Origin: Candidatus Omnitrophota bacterium
Lineage (GTDB): Bacteria > Omnitrophota > Gorgyraeia > Zapsychrales > JANLHA01
Reading direction: 5' to 3'
DNA: 64,000 nucleotides
Assembly (NCBI GenBank): GCA_029560465.1
Contig: JAKQKX010000045.1
Location: 88,260-152,259, forward strand
The position numbers and the translations under genes are program-made. Of the stretch, positions 1 to 10,297 are shown piece after piece (the stretch's first letter is position 1; the number at the start of each line of letters is the position of its first letter). The notes beneath the pieces are model-generated. The model searched no databases and had not been told where the DNA came from. It saw only the letters and a program-made list of their open reading frames with translations.

Positions 1-1465
1 CATCGCATTCCCGGCAACCTTTCCCCCGGTAAATATGTTTGACACCCGCGAGATTAAAATCAGCCAACAGCGCGTCGCTGACCTCGACTTTGTCCTTGCA
101 CTTGTAACAGATCGTCCGGACCAAACGCTGGGCCAGGATTCCAATCAATGAAGTTGACAAAAGGAACGGCTCAATGCCCATGTCGAGCAACCGGGAAATC
201 GTGGACGGGGCGTCGTTCGTGTGCACGGTCGCAAAAACGAGATGCCCGGTCAGCGCGGCCTGAATCGCAATATCAGCGGTCTCCCGGTCGCGGATCTCCC
301 CGACCATGATGATATCCGGGTCCTGCCTTAAGATGCTGCGTAAGCCCGTCGCAAACGTCAGGCCGGCCTTGGGATTGATCTGGGTCTGCCGGATAAGGGA
401 CAACTCATATTCCACAGGGTCTTCAATGGTAACGATCTTCTTCTCGACAGTATTAATCTGTGTTAACGCTGAATACAGGGTGGACGTCTTCCCGCTGCCC
501 GTCGGCCCGGTGACCAGCACAATGCCGTACGGCCGGGTGATGAGTTTCTGAAAGGCCTGCAGCTCATCATCCAGGAACCCGAGTTCCTTAAGCCCCAAAA
601 GGACGGAGGATTTATCCAGGACCCTGAGCACGATATTCTCCCCGTGTATGGTCGGAAATGTCGACGCCCTTAAATCCAGGTCCTTATTCTCGATCTTGAG
701 CCGGATCCGGCCATCCTGCGGTTTACGGCTTTCGGCGATATCCATTTTCGCCATAATCTTGACCCGCGAGATCACGCCGTTCTGAATTTTCTTGGGCAGC
801 ATCTTAAGCTCCTGAAGGACACCATCCACGCGCAGCCGGATCCGCACACCGTCCTCTTCCGGTTCGATGTGAATATCGGAAGCGTGGTCTTTGACCGCCT
901 GCGCGATCACGATGTTCACCAGCTTGACCAGGGGGGCCCCGGCCCCCACTTCCGTGACCGTGTCCTGCGCGCCTTCATTATCGACGGATTTGACAATATC
1001 ATCAATCGTGCTTCCAACGCCGAAGCTCGAGTCCAGAAGACGCCGGACGCCCCGCTCCGAAACCAGGACAGGGTCCACATTTTCAATCTTACAAATACGG
1101 CGGAGCTGGTCCAAAGCCACAATATCCTGGGGGTCCACCATGCCGACCGTGATATTGTTCCCGATCTTGAAAAGAGGGATAAGGCAAAACTTCAGGCATA
1201 CTTCTTTGGGGACCATAGCGATAATTTCCGGATCAATGATATAATCGCTCAAATCCATATAAGGGATGCCCAGGGCGTTGGCGCGCACCTTGACAATATC
1301 TTCCTCGGTCACCAGTTCAAGCTTAATAAGGGCTTTCTCAATATTCAAGCCGCTCATCTGCGCTTCCTGACGGGCGTAATCCAGCATCTTTTCCGTGATC
1401 AGCCCTTCTTTAAGCAGAAGGTTCACCACTTCTCTATGGCGGCGTAAATTTTGTTTTTCCTGCAT
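1..1465 (-). CDS. pilB: Type IV pilus / type II secretion assembly ATPase (PilB/GspE family), 3' end outside the window
   Basis: Translated by hand from ATG at 1465 (not in the ORF track): MQEKQNLRRHREVVNLLLKEGLITE..., ASDIHIEP, Walker A GPTGSGKT, TIEDPVE, LRQDPDIIMVGEIRD, ALTGHLVFATVHTND, and Zn motifs CYKC and CREC. Confidence 0.93.
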   Translation of the reverse strand, partial: MQEKQNLRRHREVVNLLLKEGLITEKMLDYARQEAQMSGLNIEKALIKLELVTEEDIVKVRANALGIPYMDLSDYIIDPEIIAMVPKEVCLKFCLIPLFKIGNNITVGMVDPQDIVALDQLRRICKIENVDPVLVSERGVRRLLDSSFGVGSTIDDIVKSVDNEGAQDTVTEVGAGAPLVKLVNIVIAQAVKDHASDIHIEPEEDGVRIRLRVDGVLQELKMLPKKIQNGVISRVKIMAKMDIAESRKPQDGRIRLKIENKDLDLRASTFPTIHGENIVLRVLDKSSVLLGLKELGFLDDELQAFQKLITRPYGIVLVTGPTGSGKTSTLYSALTQINTVEKKIVTIEDPVEYELSLIRQTQINPKAGLTFATGLRSILRQDPDIIMVGEIRDRETADIAIQAALTGHLVFATVHTNDAPSTISRLLDMGIEPFLLSTSLIGILAQRLVRTICYKCKDKVEVSDALLADFNLAGVKHIYRGKGCRECD

Positions 1466-1493
1466 AACGATTCCTCGCCCCGGGCGTTCAGCG

Positions 1494-1880
1494 CTACGGG
1501 TTAGGCACAGCGGCCTGCTTCAAGAGCTCCGTCACCTTGGCCATAAAAACCTGTTGATCAAACGGCTTGACGACATACGCGTCGGCGCCCACGTCCATCC
1601 CGATCTTCTTGTCCTCGGCAGACGTCCGCGCCGTCAGCATGATGATCGGGGTTTTCCGGTATTTTTCATCGAATTTCAACATCCGGCAGACCCGGTATCC
1701 GTCTATCTTCGGCAACATCAGATCTAAAATAATAATGTCCGGTTTGATTTGCCGGGCTTTGTTCAAAGCCTCCTGCCCGTCAAAAGCCGTCACGACCTCA
1801 AAGTTGTTCGCCTCAAACATCATCTGCAGGCCGAACACCATGTCTTTCTCGTCATCAACAACCAACACGGTCTTACTCAT
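1494..1880 (-). CDS. Single-domain response regulator (receiver only)
   Basis: VLVVDD, IILDLMLP, MLTA and VKPF receiver motifs; overlaps the stop of the upstream kinase. Confidence 0.92.
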   Translation of the reverse strand: MSKTVLVVDDEKDMVFGLQMMFEANNFEVVTAFDGQEALNKARQIKPDIIILDLMLPKIDGYRVCRMLKFDEKYRKTPIIMLTARTSAEDKKIGMDVGADAYVVKPFDQQVFMAKVTELLKQAAVPNP

Positions 1881-3819
1881 AATAAAGCCTCAATTCTTTC
1901 GCCAGCATGTCCCGTTTCTTTTTATCCACACCCGTGAATTCAATGCCGGTCTGGTAACGGTCCGCGAACTTGGTCATGGAATGCTCGTCCCAATGGCTGA
2001 CCCACGCAACCCGCCCCTGGACTGATATTTTCTTGCGGGTTTTCAGCAACGGGATAACCAAGTCAATCTGCGCGTCCGTGGCCAGGGGAGCCTGCGTGAT
2101 CAGGCAAATGCCCCCTAAAGACAAGTCCTGGGTGTCTGCGACAAAATTCTTACCCCTTCCCGCGGTCACGTGGACCTTCACTTGGTATTGGATGCGCTTA
2201 AAAAGCCGCATCTCCGAGCCAATATATAATTCTTTGATGTGAAAATTCTGGCTGTCAAACTCTCCCCGCACCGATTCGCTGGTGTAAGAGACCAACCCCA
2301 AGGCGATGAAAATCTCTTTGAGCGAATTTTTGACAAAATAATTTTTGATCCTCTGCCGGATCAGGTCGCAAAAGATTGGCTCTTCCTTAATGGCATACGG
2401 GAAAATAACGCTGACCGCTCCGTCCTTAAAGTTCGTGACATAAATATAGTCCCGCGCCGAAAAGCGCTTGAACGCATCTTTGCCTGACTGGGTGATAATC
2501 TTGCGGACCTCCCGGAACAGCTGCCGCTTGTCAATATCGAGCCTCTTTTGGAAATCCTCAAGATTAACGACGAGCAGGTTGACCAGACTGACCGACTTCC
2601 GTTTCTCAAGCAGGGCGTTGATTTTCGTGCGGATATTCCGGGGTAAAATATTCGTCGTGTAAAACCGGGGCAGCGTAAAGAAAAAACGGCTTCCCTTCCC
2701 CTCCTCGGATTCAACCCATATTTCCCCGCCGTGCTTCTCCACGAGAGCCTTCACGATCGTTAACCCCAGGCCGATGCCCTTACGTTTAGCGCCGTCACTC
2801 GTTGACACCTGCACAAAGCGTTCAAAAATCCTGAACAGATCTTCCTTCGGGATACCCGGGCCGTTGTCCAAGACCCCGATCCGCACTTTCGACTTTAAAA
2901 TTTTAACTTCAACTGTAATCTTCCCCTGGGGAGGGGTAAATTTGATCGCATTATTAATTAAATTGGTGATGATCTGCTGGACGCGTTCCGGGTCCACGAA
3001 AACGGCGATGTCTTGCTTGGGCAGCCGGTATTCAATGGCAATCTGCTTTTCAGCGGCAAATTCCTTAAAAAAGGGCGCACTGTCCAGCAGGAAGTCTTTC
3101 ATCTTGATCAAGGAATAACTCAGGCTGAACTTCTGCCCCTCGATCCTGGAGATATCCAGAAGTTCTTCGATGATATGCTGAAGGCGGTCGATATTATTAT
3201 TATTAGCCTTGACCAAGAGCTCCCGCTGCTGGTTATTGATCGGCCCGGCTGTTTCGTCATATATGAGCATAAAAAGCTGTTTGACGATGGCCAGCGGGGT
3301 GCGGATCTCATGCGAAACCGCGGAAATGAAATCGGATTTGACCCGTGTCATCTCCTCGAGCATCAGCAACTTTTTCTCCATCGGCAGCCATTTCTCCCGC
3401 AGATGTTCAAATTGCATCCGTTTGGACACATCCCGGGTCAGCCCCATGACTCCAATACATTTATTCCGGTGATCAAAGCGCGGGATCAACGTCGTTGAAA
3501 AATACAAATCCTCCCCAGCCCCCGGAAGGGCCGTGAGCTTGTCGATCCGGTCCACAATGGCTTTCCCGGATTTAATAACGTTCTGGCTGTCCTTCACAAG
3601 CCTTTTCGCCAACCGGGGGGGGAAAACCTCTTGGTCCGTCTTTCCCAATACAGCATCAGGAGTTAATCCCAGGCCCCGTGCTCCGGCCGCATTTATAAAA
3701 ATAAAACGCCCCTGGAGATCCTTGAAATAAATCGCGTCCGGGATATGGTTCACGAAATCTTCCAGAAGTCGATATTGAAAAGCCAGGGATTGTTTTTGAG
3801 GCGCTGTTTTCTTTTTCAC
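1873..3819 (-). CDS. Cytoplasmic PAS histidine kinase with a degenerate GGDEF-like middle region and C-terminal PilZ domain
   Basis: PAS (IPDAIYFKDLQGRFIFIN), H-box SHEIRTPL, NLINNAIKF, DNGPGI, GIGLGL; PilZ motifs RLFKR and DLSLGG. Confidence 0.88.
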   Translation of the reverse strand: MKKKTAPQKQSLAFQYRLLEDFVNHIPDAIYFKDLQGRFIFINAAGARGLGLTPDAVLGKTDQEVFPPRLAKRLVKDSQNVIKSGKAIVDRIDKLTALPGAGEDLYFSTTLIPRFDHRNKCIGVMGLTRDVSKRMQFEHLREKWLPMEKKLLMLEEMTRVKSDFISAVSHEIRTPLAIVKQLFMLIYDETAGPINNQQRELLVKANNNNIDRLQHIIEELLDISRIEGQKFSLSYSLIKMKDFLLDSAPFFKEFAAEKQIAIEYRLPKQDIAVFVDPERVQQIITNLINNAIKFTPPQGKITVEVKILKSKVRIGVLDNGPGIPKEDLFRIFERFVQVSTSDGAKRKGIGLGLTIVKALVEKHGGEIWVESEEGKGSRFFFTLPRFYTTNILPRNIRTKINALLEKRKSVSLVNLLVVNLEDFQKRLDIDKRQLFREVRKIITQSGKDAFKRFSARDYIYVTNFKDGAVSVIFPYAIKEEPIFCDLIRQRIKNYFVKNSLKEIFIALGLVSYTSESVRGEFDSQNFHIKELYIGSEMRLFKRIQYQVKVHVTAGRGKNFVADTQDLSLGGICLITQAPLATDAQIDLVIPLLKTRKKISVQGRVAWVSHWDEHSMTKFADRYQTGIEFTGVDKKKRDMLAKELRLYYE

Positions 3820-4048
3820 GGATTAATAATTGATAAACGAATTGAACCTTATAAGAAGTTTTTCTTTAAGCAAAATTTGTAACTTTATTATTTTTCAGCA
3901 GCTTCCATAATATTATACCTTGGGTTTACCTTCAGTAAACTCTTTTAAAGATTTTTTCACAGGCAAAAAGGAAAAAGGATAAAAGGCAGGGAAACCGAAA
4001 GCATTCAAACGGGGAAAAAACACGGCGGTCAAAACGATGGCCAGGGGA

Positions 4049-4786
4049 TCAATCCCACAGCAATTCTTTCATGATCCTTAAAAGGAACGTGTCCTCATGC
4101 GGTTTAACAAGGTACGCATCGGCGCCGACTTGCTTGCCGATCAGACGGCTCTCTTGACCCGACCGGGCTGTCAGCAGGATGACATTAATATCTTTATATT
4201 TACTATCAAACTTTAACATCCGGCAGACATTGAAACCATCCAGCTTAGGCATCATAACATCCAAGACCATTAAATCCGGCCTTTCCCGTTTGGCGGTTTC
4301 CAGCGCAGACAAGCCGTCAAAAGCGGTGACGACCTGATACCCGCTGTTACTCAGCCGCAGGGACAGGCTGTGGACAAAATCAGGCTCGTCATCCACCACG
4401 AGAATTTTTTTAGTGTGTTGGCGGAGCCGTTGCCTGATTTTCTTGAGCAATTGCGCGGACTTAAATGGCTTCACAATGTAATCATTGATCCCCTCATGCT
4501 GGAAAACATCCTGCTGATTGGTCAAAGAGGATAGAATAATAATCGGGGTTTCCTGGATATCAAAACGGGCTTTAAACCTGGAAATAAATTCAAAACCATC
4601 CATAACCGGCATCTTAATATCAAGAATAATAAGATCCGGCCTGTGCGTCTTGTAAACGGCCAGGCCTTCTTTTCCATTAACAGCCAGGATGACTTCAAAG
4701 TTATTTTTCGAAAGGACACGAAGCAACAAGTGCCTTATGACGGGGTCGTCATCGACAACCAGTATTTTTTGTTTTTCTTCTGTCAT
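4049..4786 (-). CDS. Tandem receiver-receiver response regulator
   Basis: Two complete receiver domains (ILVVDD..LDIKMP..KPF and ILVVDD..LDVMMP..KPH) with no output domain. Confidence 0.9.
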   Translation of the reverse strand: MTEEKQKILVVDDDPVIRHLLLRVLSKNNFEVILAVNGKEGLAVYKTHRPDLIILDIKMPVMDGFEFISRFKARFDIQETPIIILSSLTNQQDVFQHEGINDYIVKPFKSAQLLKKIRQRLRQHTKKILVVDDEPDFVHSLSLRLSNSGYQVVTAFDGLSALETAKRERPDLMVLDVMMPKLDGFNVCRMLKFDSKYKDINVILLTARSGQESRLIGKQVGADAYLVKPHEDTFLLRIMKELLWD

Positions 4787-4938
4787 GATGCGTTTCTCTT
4801 ATAAAATATAAAAATCCACGGGTTCAAGGATGAACGCGGCAGAAAAGCCAGGGAGGATTATAACATCTTTGTGCGCATCCTGACAAATATTATGTTTCCT
4901 GGAAGAGTGAGGATTTTGGTTGGATCATTCAAGGATTA

Positions 4939-5592
4939 TTATTCTGCCGGAAGCGAGGATTCCTCCTGTTTTTTTTGCTTCTCTAAAATCCTTTTAACCA
5001 AAGAGTGCTTCTTAACAATTTTTTCATAATCCTTGGAGTCTTTGTCAATGTATTCTTCCGCTTTCGTAAAAAAATGGTCAACTTTTTCATAATCTTTCAA
5101 TTTATAAAAAATATCGGCCAAAGTCACATACGCCGGCCAATAGCTTTCCTTAACAAGGACACTCTGGGAAGCGTAGTCAATGGCCTTAACGAACGCCTGG
5201 TTATCTGAAAAACTAAACGAATTGAAAAAGCCTTTTTCATAAAAAGCACGCGCGGTATTGTTCAAGAGTTCCGCTTCAAAATCCACGTCTTTGATGCTCT
5301 TTTGTTTGACCCGGTCAATGGCGGCGAAATACAAGGCTAACGCTTCGTCATATTTCCGCTGGTCAACAAGCTTAAGCGCGTCCTCATTCATTTTAGTCAC
5401 CCCCAAGGTCATCTCAGGCCTATATTTCTTCGCCCCCCGCCCCGACCTCGATTCCCTCTCTTCAAAAACAGAAATCTCCCCCTCTTCACCCGCCCAAACA
5501 ACCGCAGGCACAATCAGCGGCACGACAATCAAAACCCATAATGATTTTTTCCCCGGGAACACCATCCTCATATTCATCAGTTCATCCTCCAA
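4939..5592 (-). CDS. Exported TPR-like protein
   Basis: Hydrophobic N-terminus ending AVVWA; helical TPR-like segments (WPAYVTLADIFYKLKDYEKVDHFFTKA). Confidence 0.6.
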   Translation of the reverse strand: MEDELMNMRMVFPGKKSLWVLIVVPLIVPAVVWAGEEGEISVFEERESRSGRGAKKYRPEMTLGVTKMNEDALKLVDQRKYDEALALYFAAIDRVKQKSIKDVDFEAELLNNTARAFYEKGFFNSFSFSDNQAFVKAIDYASQSVLVKESYWPAYVTLADIFYKLKDYEKVDHFFTKAEEYIDKDSKDYEKIVKKHSLVKRILEKQKKQEESSLPAE

Positions 5593-6583
5593 GTGGCTTA
5601 TAACTTTGCAGGACTTTCATATAATTCGCCCGCTCAAACGCTTCTGGTTGCGCGCAAGACTTCTGGCTTAAACTCCCCTTCATCTCTTTAACGGAAGCAT
5701 AATCATGCTTGTCCATCCACTGCACCAAATCGTCCAATACAATTTTAGCATGATTAATCCCGTTTAACAATAAAGCGGAGCACATCATCGTCACATCCGC
5801 TCCCGCCATCAGCATCTTCACGACATCCCAGACATTGTGAATCCCGGTCATGGCCGCCAAACTGGCACCCACATGACTGTAAAGAATGGCAATCCAGCGT
5901 AAGGTGAGCCGGTTTTCCAAAGACGAACTCAATACCAGGTTGGACGCAATCTCCAAATTCTCCAGATCAATGTCGGGTTGGTAGAACCGGTTGAACAGGA
6001 CTAAAGCATCCGCTCCGTTTTCATCCAATGTCCGCGCCATGTTCGGGAAAGAGCTAAAATACGGGCTCAATTTTACCGCCACCGGAATACGGACATTCTT
6101 CTTAACCTGCTTAAGGACACTGAGGTAAACATCTTCAACCTCGCTGCCCTTCAACGCGGGATTGGTGGGGACAAAATAGACGTTCAGTTCCAACCCATCG
6201 GCCCCGGCGGACTGAATATCCTTCGCGTACTTCATCCACCCTCCCGTTGAATATCCATTTAAACTGCCGATAACGGGAATACCCACCGCTTCCTTGGCTT
6301 TCGCGATCATATTTAAATACTCATCTGGCCCCAAGAGATAATCCGTCACCTTCGGGAAATAGCTGACCGCTTCCGCGAAACTCTCGGTTCCTTGTTCGGA
6401 AAAATACTGGGATGCCTTGGCTTCCAAACTGAACTGTTCTTCAAAAAGAGAATGGAACACCACCGCCGCAATCCCGGAGTCCTCCATCTTTTTTATGTTA
6501 TCTAGCTTCTCGGACAACGGGGAGGCCGCCGCCACTAAAGGATTCTTTAATTTTAATCCCATATATTGTGTCGTCAAATCCAC
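5582..6583 (-). CDS. Dihydroorotate dehydrogenase-like flavoprotein (PFOR-associated family)
   Basis: GTG start with RBS; YMGLKLKNPLVAAASP, VAVKLSPYFS, LVLFNRFYQPDID, AFERANYMK; lies directly downstream of PFOR. Confidence 0.85.
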   Translation of the reverse strand: MDLTTQYMGLKLKNPLVAAASPLSEKLDNIKKMEDSGIAAVVFHSLFEEQFSLEAKASQYFSEQGTESFAEAVSYFPKVTDYLLGPDEYLNMIAKAKEAVGIPVIGSLNGYSTGGWMKYAKDIQSAGADGLELNVYFVPTNPALKGSEVEDVYLSVLKQVKKNVRIPVAVKLSPYFSSFPNMARTLDENGADALVLFNRFYQPDIDLENLEIASNLVLSSSLENRLTLRWIAILYSHVGASLAAMTGIHNVWDVVKMLMAGADVTMMCSALLLNGINHAKIVLDDLVQWMDKHDYASVKEMKGSLSQKSCAQPEAFERANYMKVLQSYKPLGG

Positions 6584-6615
6584 GGAAGCCCCCCCTTTGT
6601 TATTATCATTACAAT

Positions 6616-9600
6616 TTATGAACGGTCCTCGCCCTGTTTCGATTCCAGCGCTTGCGCGGCCAGATACTCATAAACAGCCCAGCGTCTATAAACATCCTGC
6701 TGCGCCTGCTCAAGAAGCATTTGAGCCCGATCCGGCATGCTCTTGGAAAGCATGACAAAGCGGTTTTCCCGGTACGCGTAATCCTTAAGCGGAATTTTCG
6801 GGGCCGAGGAATCAAGGGTTAAAGGATTCTTACCTTCCTTCAGCAAATCAGGGTTAAACCGGAACAACGGCCAATACCCAGACTGCACGGCCAGCCTCTG
6901 ATTCTCAAAACCGGTGCGCATGTTAATCCCATGGGCGATACAGTGGCAATACGCGATGATCAAAGACGGGCCGTTATATTTTTCCGCCTCGATGAAAGAT
7001 TTGACGGTCTGTTCATCGCGGCCGCCCATGGCCACATTGGCCACGTAAACCGAACCGTATGTCATGGCGATCCGGGCCAGGTCTTTCTTAGCGACCGGTT
7101 TCCCGGCAGCGGCAAACTTGGCCACGGCGCCACGCGGGGTCGCTTTGGATGCCTGCCCCCCGGTATTGGAATACACTTCGGTGTCCAAGACCAAAACATT
7201 GACATTACGGCCGGAGGCCAGGACATGGTCCAACCCTCCGAACCCGATATCATAGGCCCAGCCATCACCCCCCAAGATCCAGACGCTCTTTTTCACTAAA
7301 TAATCCGCCAGGCTTAACAGGTGTTTGGCGTCGTTAGATCTGACAGAAACGAGTTTTTTCTTGAGCGCCTCCACCCGCTCACGCTGGGCGATAATGCCGG
7401 ATTCTTCCGACTGGTCCGCTTCCAATATTCCTTTAACAAGTTCCGTCCCGACCTGTGGTTCTAATCTTTTCAATAATTCCCCGGCAAACGCACTGTGCTT
7501 GTCGATACTAAGGCGGAAACCCAGGCCAAATTCCGCGTTGTCCTCAAACAGGGAATTGGACCAGGCCGGCCCCCGGCCTTCCTTGTTAAAAGTCCAGGGC
7601 GTGGTCGGCAAATTCCCCCCGTAAATGGAGGAGCATCCGGTCGCGTTGGCGATAAGCGCACGGTCGCCAAACAGCTGGGACAGCAGCTTGACGTAAGGCG
7701 TCTCGCCGCAGCCACCGCAGGCTCCGGAGAACTCAAACAAGGGGTTCAGGCTTTGAACCCCACGGACGGAATTCTGCTTGACGCGCGTCCGGTCCAGGTA
7801 AGGGATATCCAGAAAGAACTCCCAATTCTTGCGCTCTTCATCTCTTAAAGGCGGCTGTGCCTGCATATTGATCGCTTTGAGTTTGACATCTTTCTTATTT
7901 TTAGCCGGGCAGGTCTCCACGCACACGCCGCAGCCGGTACAATCTTCCGGGGAAACCTGAATGGAAAATTTCATGCCGGCAAAATCCTTGTCTTTGGCGT
8001 CCACGGATTTGAATGTCGCTGGCGCTTTCTCGGCTAACGCGGCATCATAAATTTTACTCCGGATGACGGCGTGCGGGCAAACAAGCACGCACTTCCCGCA
8101 TTGGATACACACCGAAGGATCCCAAACCGGGATCTCAAGGGCGATGTTCCGCTTTTCCCATTGGGTGGTTCCCGTTGGGAACGTCCCGTCAACAGGCATG
8201 GCGCTCACCGGGAGTTGATCCCCGCGTCCGGCGATGATTTCCGCCGTCACCTTCTTCACGAACGCCGGCGCTCCCCCGGACACCGGAGACAGGAAATCCA
8301 CGGTGCTGGTCACCCGGGCCGGGACATTGACACGGTGCAGGTGCGCGAGGGTTTGATCGACCGCGTTAAAATTCATCCGGACGACTTCCTCGCCCTTGGA
8401 GCCATAAGCTTTCTTGATCGACCCTTTGATCTTTTCGATCGCTTCGTCCTTGGGAAGCACTCCGGAGATGGCAAAAAAGCATGTCTGCATGATGGTATTA
8501 ATACGCAACCCCATGCCGGTGTCCTTGGCCACCTGGTATCCATCAATCACGTAAAACTGGATATTTTTGGCAATGATCTGCTCCTGAATCACCTTGGGAA
8601 GATGCTCCCAAATCTCGTCCGGGCCAAAGGTCGAATTTAAAAGGAAAACACCCTGAGGGGCGATCTTTTCCAGGACATTGTATTTCTCAAGAAAAACAGA
8701 TTGATGGCATCCCACGAACTTCGCCTGGGAAACCAGGTATGTCGAACGGATCGGATTGGGGCCAAACCGCAAATGGCTGACCGTCATAGACCCGGACTTT
8801 TTGGAGTCGTAAACAAAATATCCCTGCGCGTAATTCGGGGTGTTTTCCCCGATAATCTTGATCGTGCTTTTATTGGCCCCCACGGTGCCGTCAGCCCCCA
8901 GCCCGTAAAATATCGCACAAACCCCGGCCTCATCTTCAATGGTAAAAGATTCATCGCATTCGAGGCTCGTGTGCGTCACGTCATCCGTGATTCCGACGGT
9001 GAAATGATTCTTGGGTTCCTTTTTCAAGCCGTTATCCAAAACCGCCTTAATCATGGCCGGGGTAAACTCTTTGGAGGACAACCCGTAGCGGCCCCCCAGG
9101 ACCTTGGGGTAAGAGGCAAACCGGGTCAACCCGCGCTCAAAGACCGTGTTAACGACATCCTGATATAAAGGTTCACCGATGGCTCCGGGTTCTTTCGTCC
9201 GGTCCAATGTCGTAATCACCTTGACGCTCTTAGGCAAAGCGGCGAGCAAATGATCCATGGAAAACGGCCGGTACAAACGGACTTTGACCAACCCCACTTT
9301 CTGTCCCTTTTGAACGAGCTTTTCCACCGTGGCCTGGCCGGCCTCCGCGCCGGACCCCATGAGGATGATGACATGTTCCGCGTCAGGCGCACCGTAATAA
9401 TCAAACAGATTGTAGGCCCGCCCGGTCGTTTTGGCAAAATGCTTCATCACCTTCTCGACGATGCCGGGACATTTGTCGTAAAAAGGGTTGACCGTCTCCC
9501 GCCCCTGGAAATAAACATCCGGGTTCTGCGCGGTGCCCCTCATACACGGACGATCCGGGGAAAGCGCCCGCTGGCGATGGGCCAGGACTAAGTCATCCTT

Positions 9601-10185
9601 GATGATTTCCATGATCTCCTCATCGGTGAGCCGGTCGATCTTGGCGACTTCATGGGAGGTCCGAAAACCGTCAAAGAAATGCAGGAACGGCACGCGGGCC
9701 TCCAACGTGGCTGCCTGGGCCATCAGGGCGAAGTCCATGACCTCCTGAACACTGCCGGACGCCAGCATGGCAAAGCCGGTGGCCCGGGCCGCCATGACAT
9801 CCGAGTGGTCGCCGAAGATAGACAGCCCCTGGCACGCCAAGGAACGGGCGGCGACATGAAAAACTGTTGACGTGAGTTCTCCGGCGATTTTATACATATT
9901 GGGGATCATCAACAACAGCCCCTGCGAAGCCGTAAACGTGGTGGTCAAAGACCCGGCCTGCAGAGCGCCGTGGACTGCCCCGGCCGCCCCCCCCTCGCTT
10001 TGCATCTCCTGGACAAGCGGGGTGGTTCCCCAAATATTCTTTTTCCCGGCCGCAGCCCATTCATCCGAACTTTCCCCCATCGATGAAGACGGAGTGATCG
10101 GATAAATCGCTATCACCTCACTCACCTTGAAAGCCGAATAGGCAGCCGCTTCGTTACCATCAATTGTGACCTGAACTCTTTTCAT
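6616..10185 (-). CDS. nifJ: Pyruvate:ferredoxin (flavodoxin) oxidoreductase
   Basis: YPITPSS, QSEGGAAG, two CxxCxxCxxxCP ferredoxin motifs, FSGACGGCGE, TPP motif GGDGWAYDIG; 1189 aa. Confidence 0.97.
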   Translation of the reverse strand: MKRVQVTIDGNEAAAYSAFKVSEVIAIYPITPSSSMGESSDEWAAAGKKNIWGTTPLVQEMQSEGGAAGAVHGALQAGSLTTTFTASQGLLLMIPNMYKIAGELTSTVFHVAARSLACQGLSIFGDHSDVMAARATGFAMLASGSVQEVMDFALMAQAATLEARVPFLHFFDGFRTSHEVAKIDRLTDEEIMEIIKDDLVLAHRQRALSPDRPCMRGTAQNPDVYFQGRETVNPFYDKCPGIVEKVMKHFAKTTGRAYNLFDYYGAPDAEHVIILMGSGAEAGQATVEKLVQKGQKVGLVKVRLYRPFSMDHLLAALPKSVKVITTLDRTKEPGAIGEPLYQDVVNTVFERGLTRFASYPKVLGGRYGLSSKEFTPAMIKAVLDNGLKKEPKNHFTVGITDDVTHTSLECDESFTIEDEAGVCAIFYGLGADGTVGANKSTIKIIGENTPNYAQGYFVYDSKKSGSMTVSHLRFGPNPIRSTYLVSQAKFVGCHQSVFLEKYNVLEKIAPQGVFLLNSTFGPDEIWEHLPKVIQEQIIAKNIQFYVIDGYQVAKDTGMGLRINTIMQTCFFAISGVLPKDEAIEKIKGSIKKAYGSKGEEVVRMNFNAVDQTLAHLHRVNVPARVTSTVDFLSPVSGGAPAFVKKVTAEIIAGRGDQLPVSAMPVDGTFPTGTTQWEKRNIALEIPVWDPSVCIQCGKCVLVCPHAVIRSKIYDAALAEKAPATFKSVDAKDKDFAGMKFSIQVSPEDCTGCGVCVETCPAKNKKDVKLKAINMQAQPPLRDEERKNWEFFLDIPYLDRTRVKQNSVRGVQSLNPLFEFSGACGGCGETPYVKLLSQLFGDRALIANATGCSSIYGGNLPTTPWTFNKEGRGPAWSNSLFEDNAEFGLGFRLSIDKHSAFAGELLKRLEPQVGTELVKGILEADQSEESGIIAQRERVEALKKKLVSVRSNDAKHLLSLADYLVKKSVWILGGDGWAYDIGFGGLDHVLASGRNVNVLVLDTEVYSNTGGQASKATPRGAVAKFAAAGKPVAKKDLARIAMTYGSVYVANVAMGGRDEQTVKSFIEAEKYNGPSLIIAYCHCIAHGINMRTGFENQRLAVQSGYWPLFRFNPDLLKEGKNPLTLDSSAPKIPLKDYAYRENRFVMLSKSMPDRAQMLLEQAQQDVYRRWAVYEYLAAQALESKQGEDRS

Positions 10186-10297
10186 GGGTACCCTTTCCTT
10201 GTAACAGTATTAATAAACTATTTATAATTTGTGGAGAAAATGCAGAATATATGCTGACAATGTTAATATCAACTCGGTTGAAAAACAAGTCTTTTTT

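Noticed and set aside
306-1447. Plus-strand ORFs listed at the window start
   Set aside because: They are antisense to the PilB ATPase, which the ORF track omits because its stop lies outside the window.
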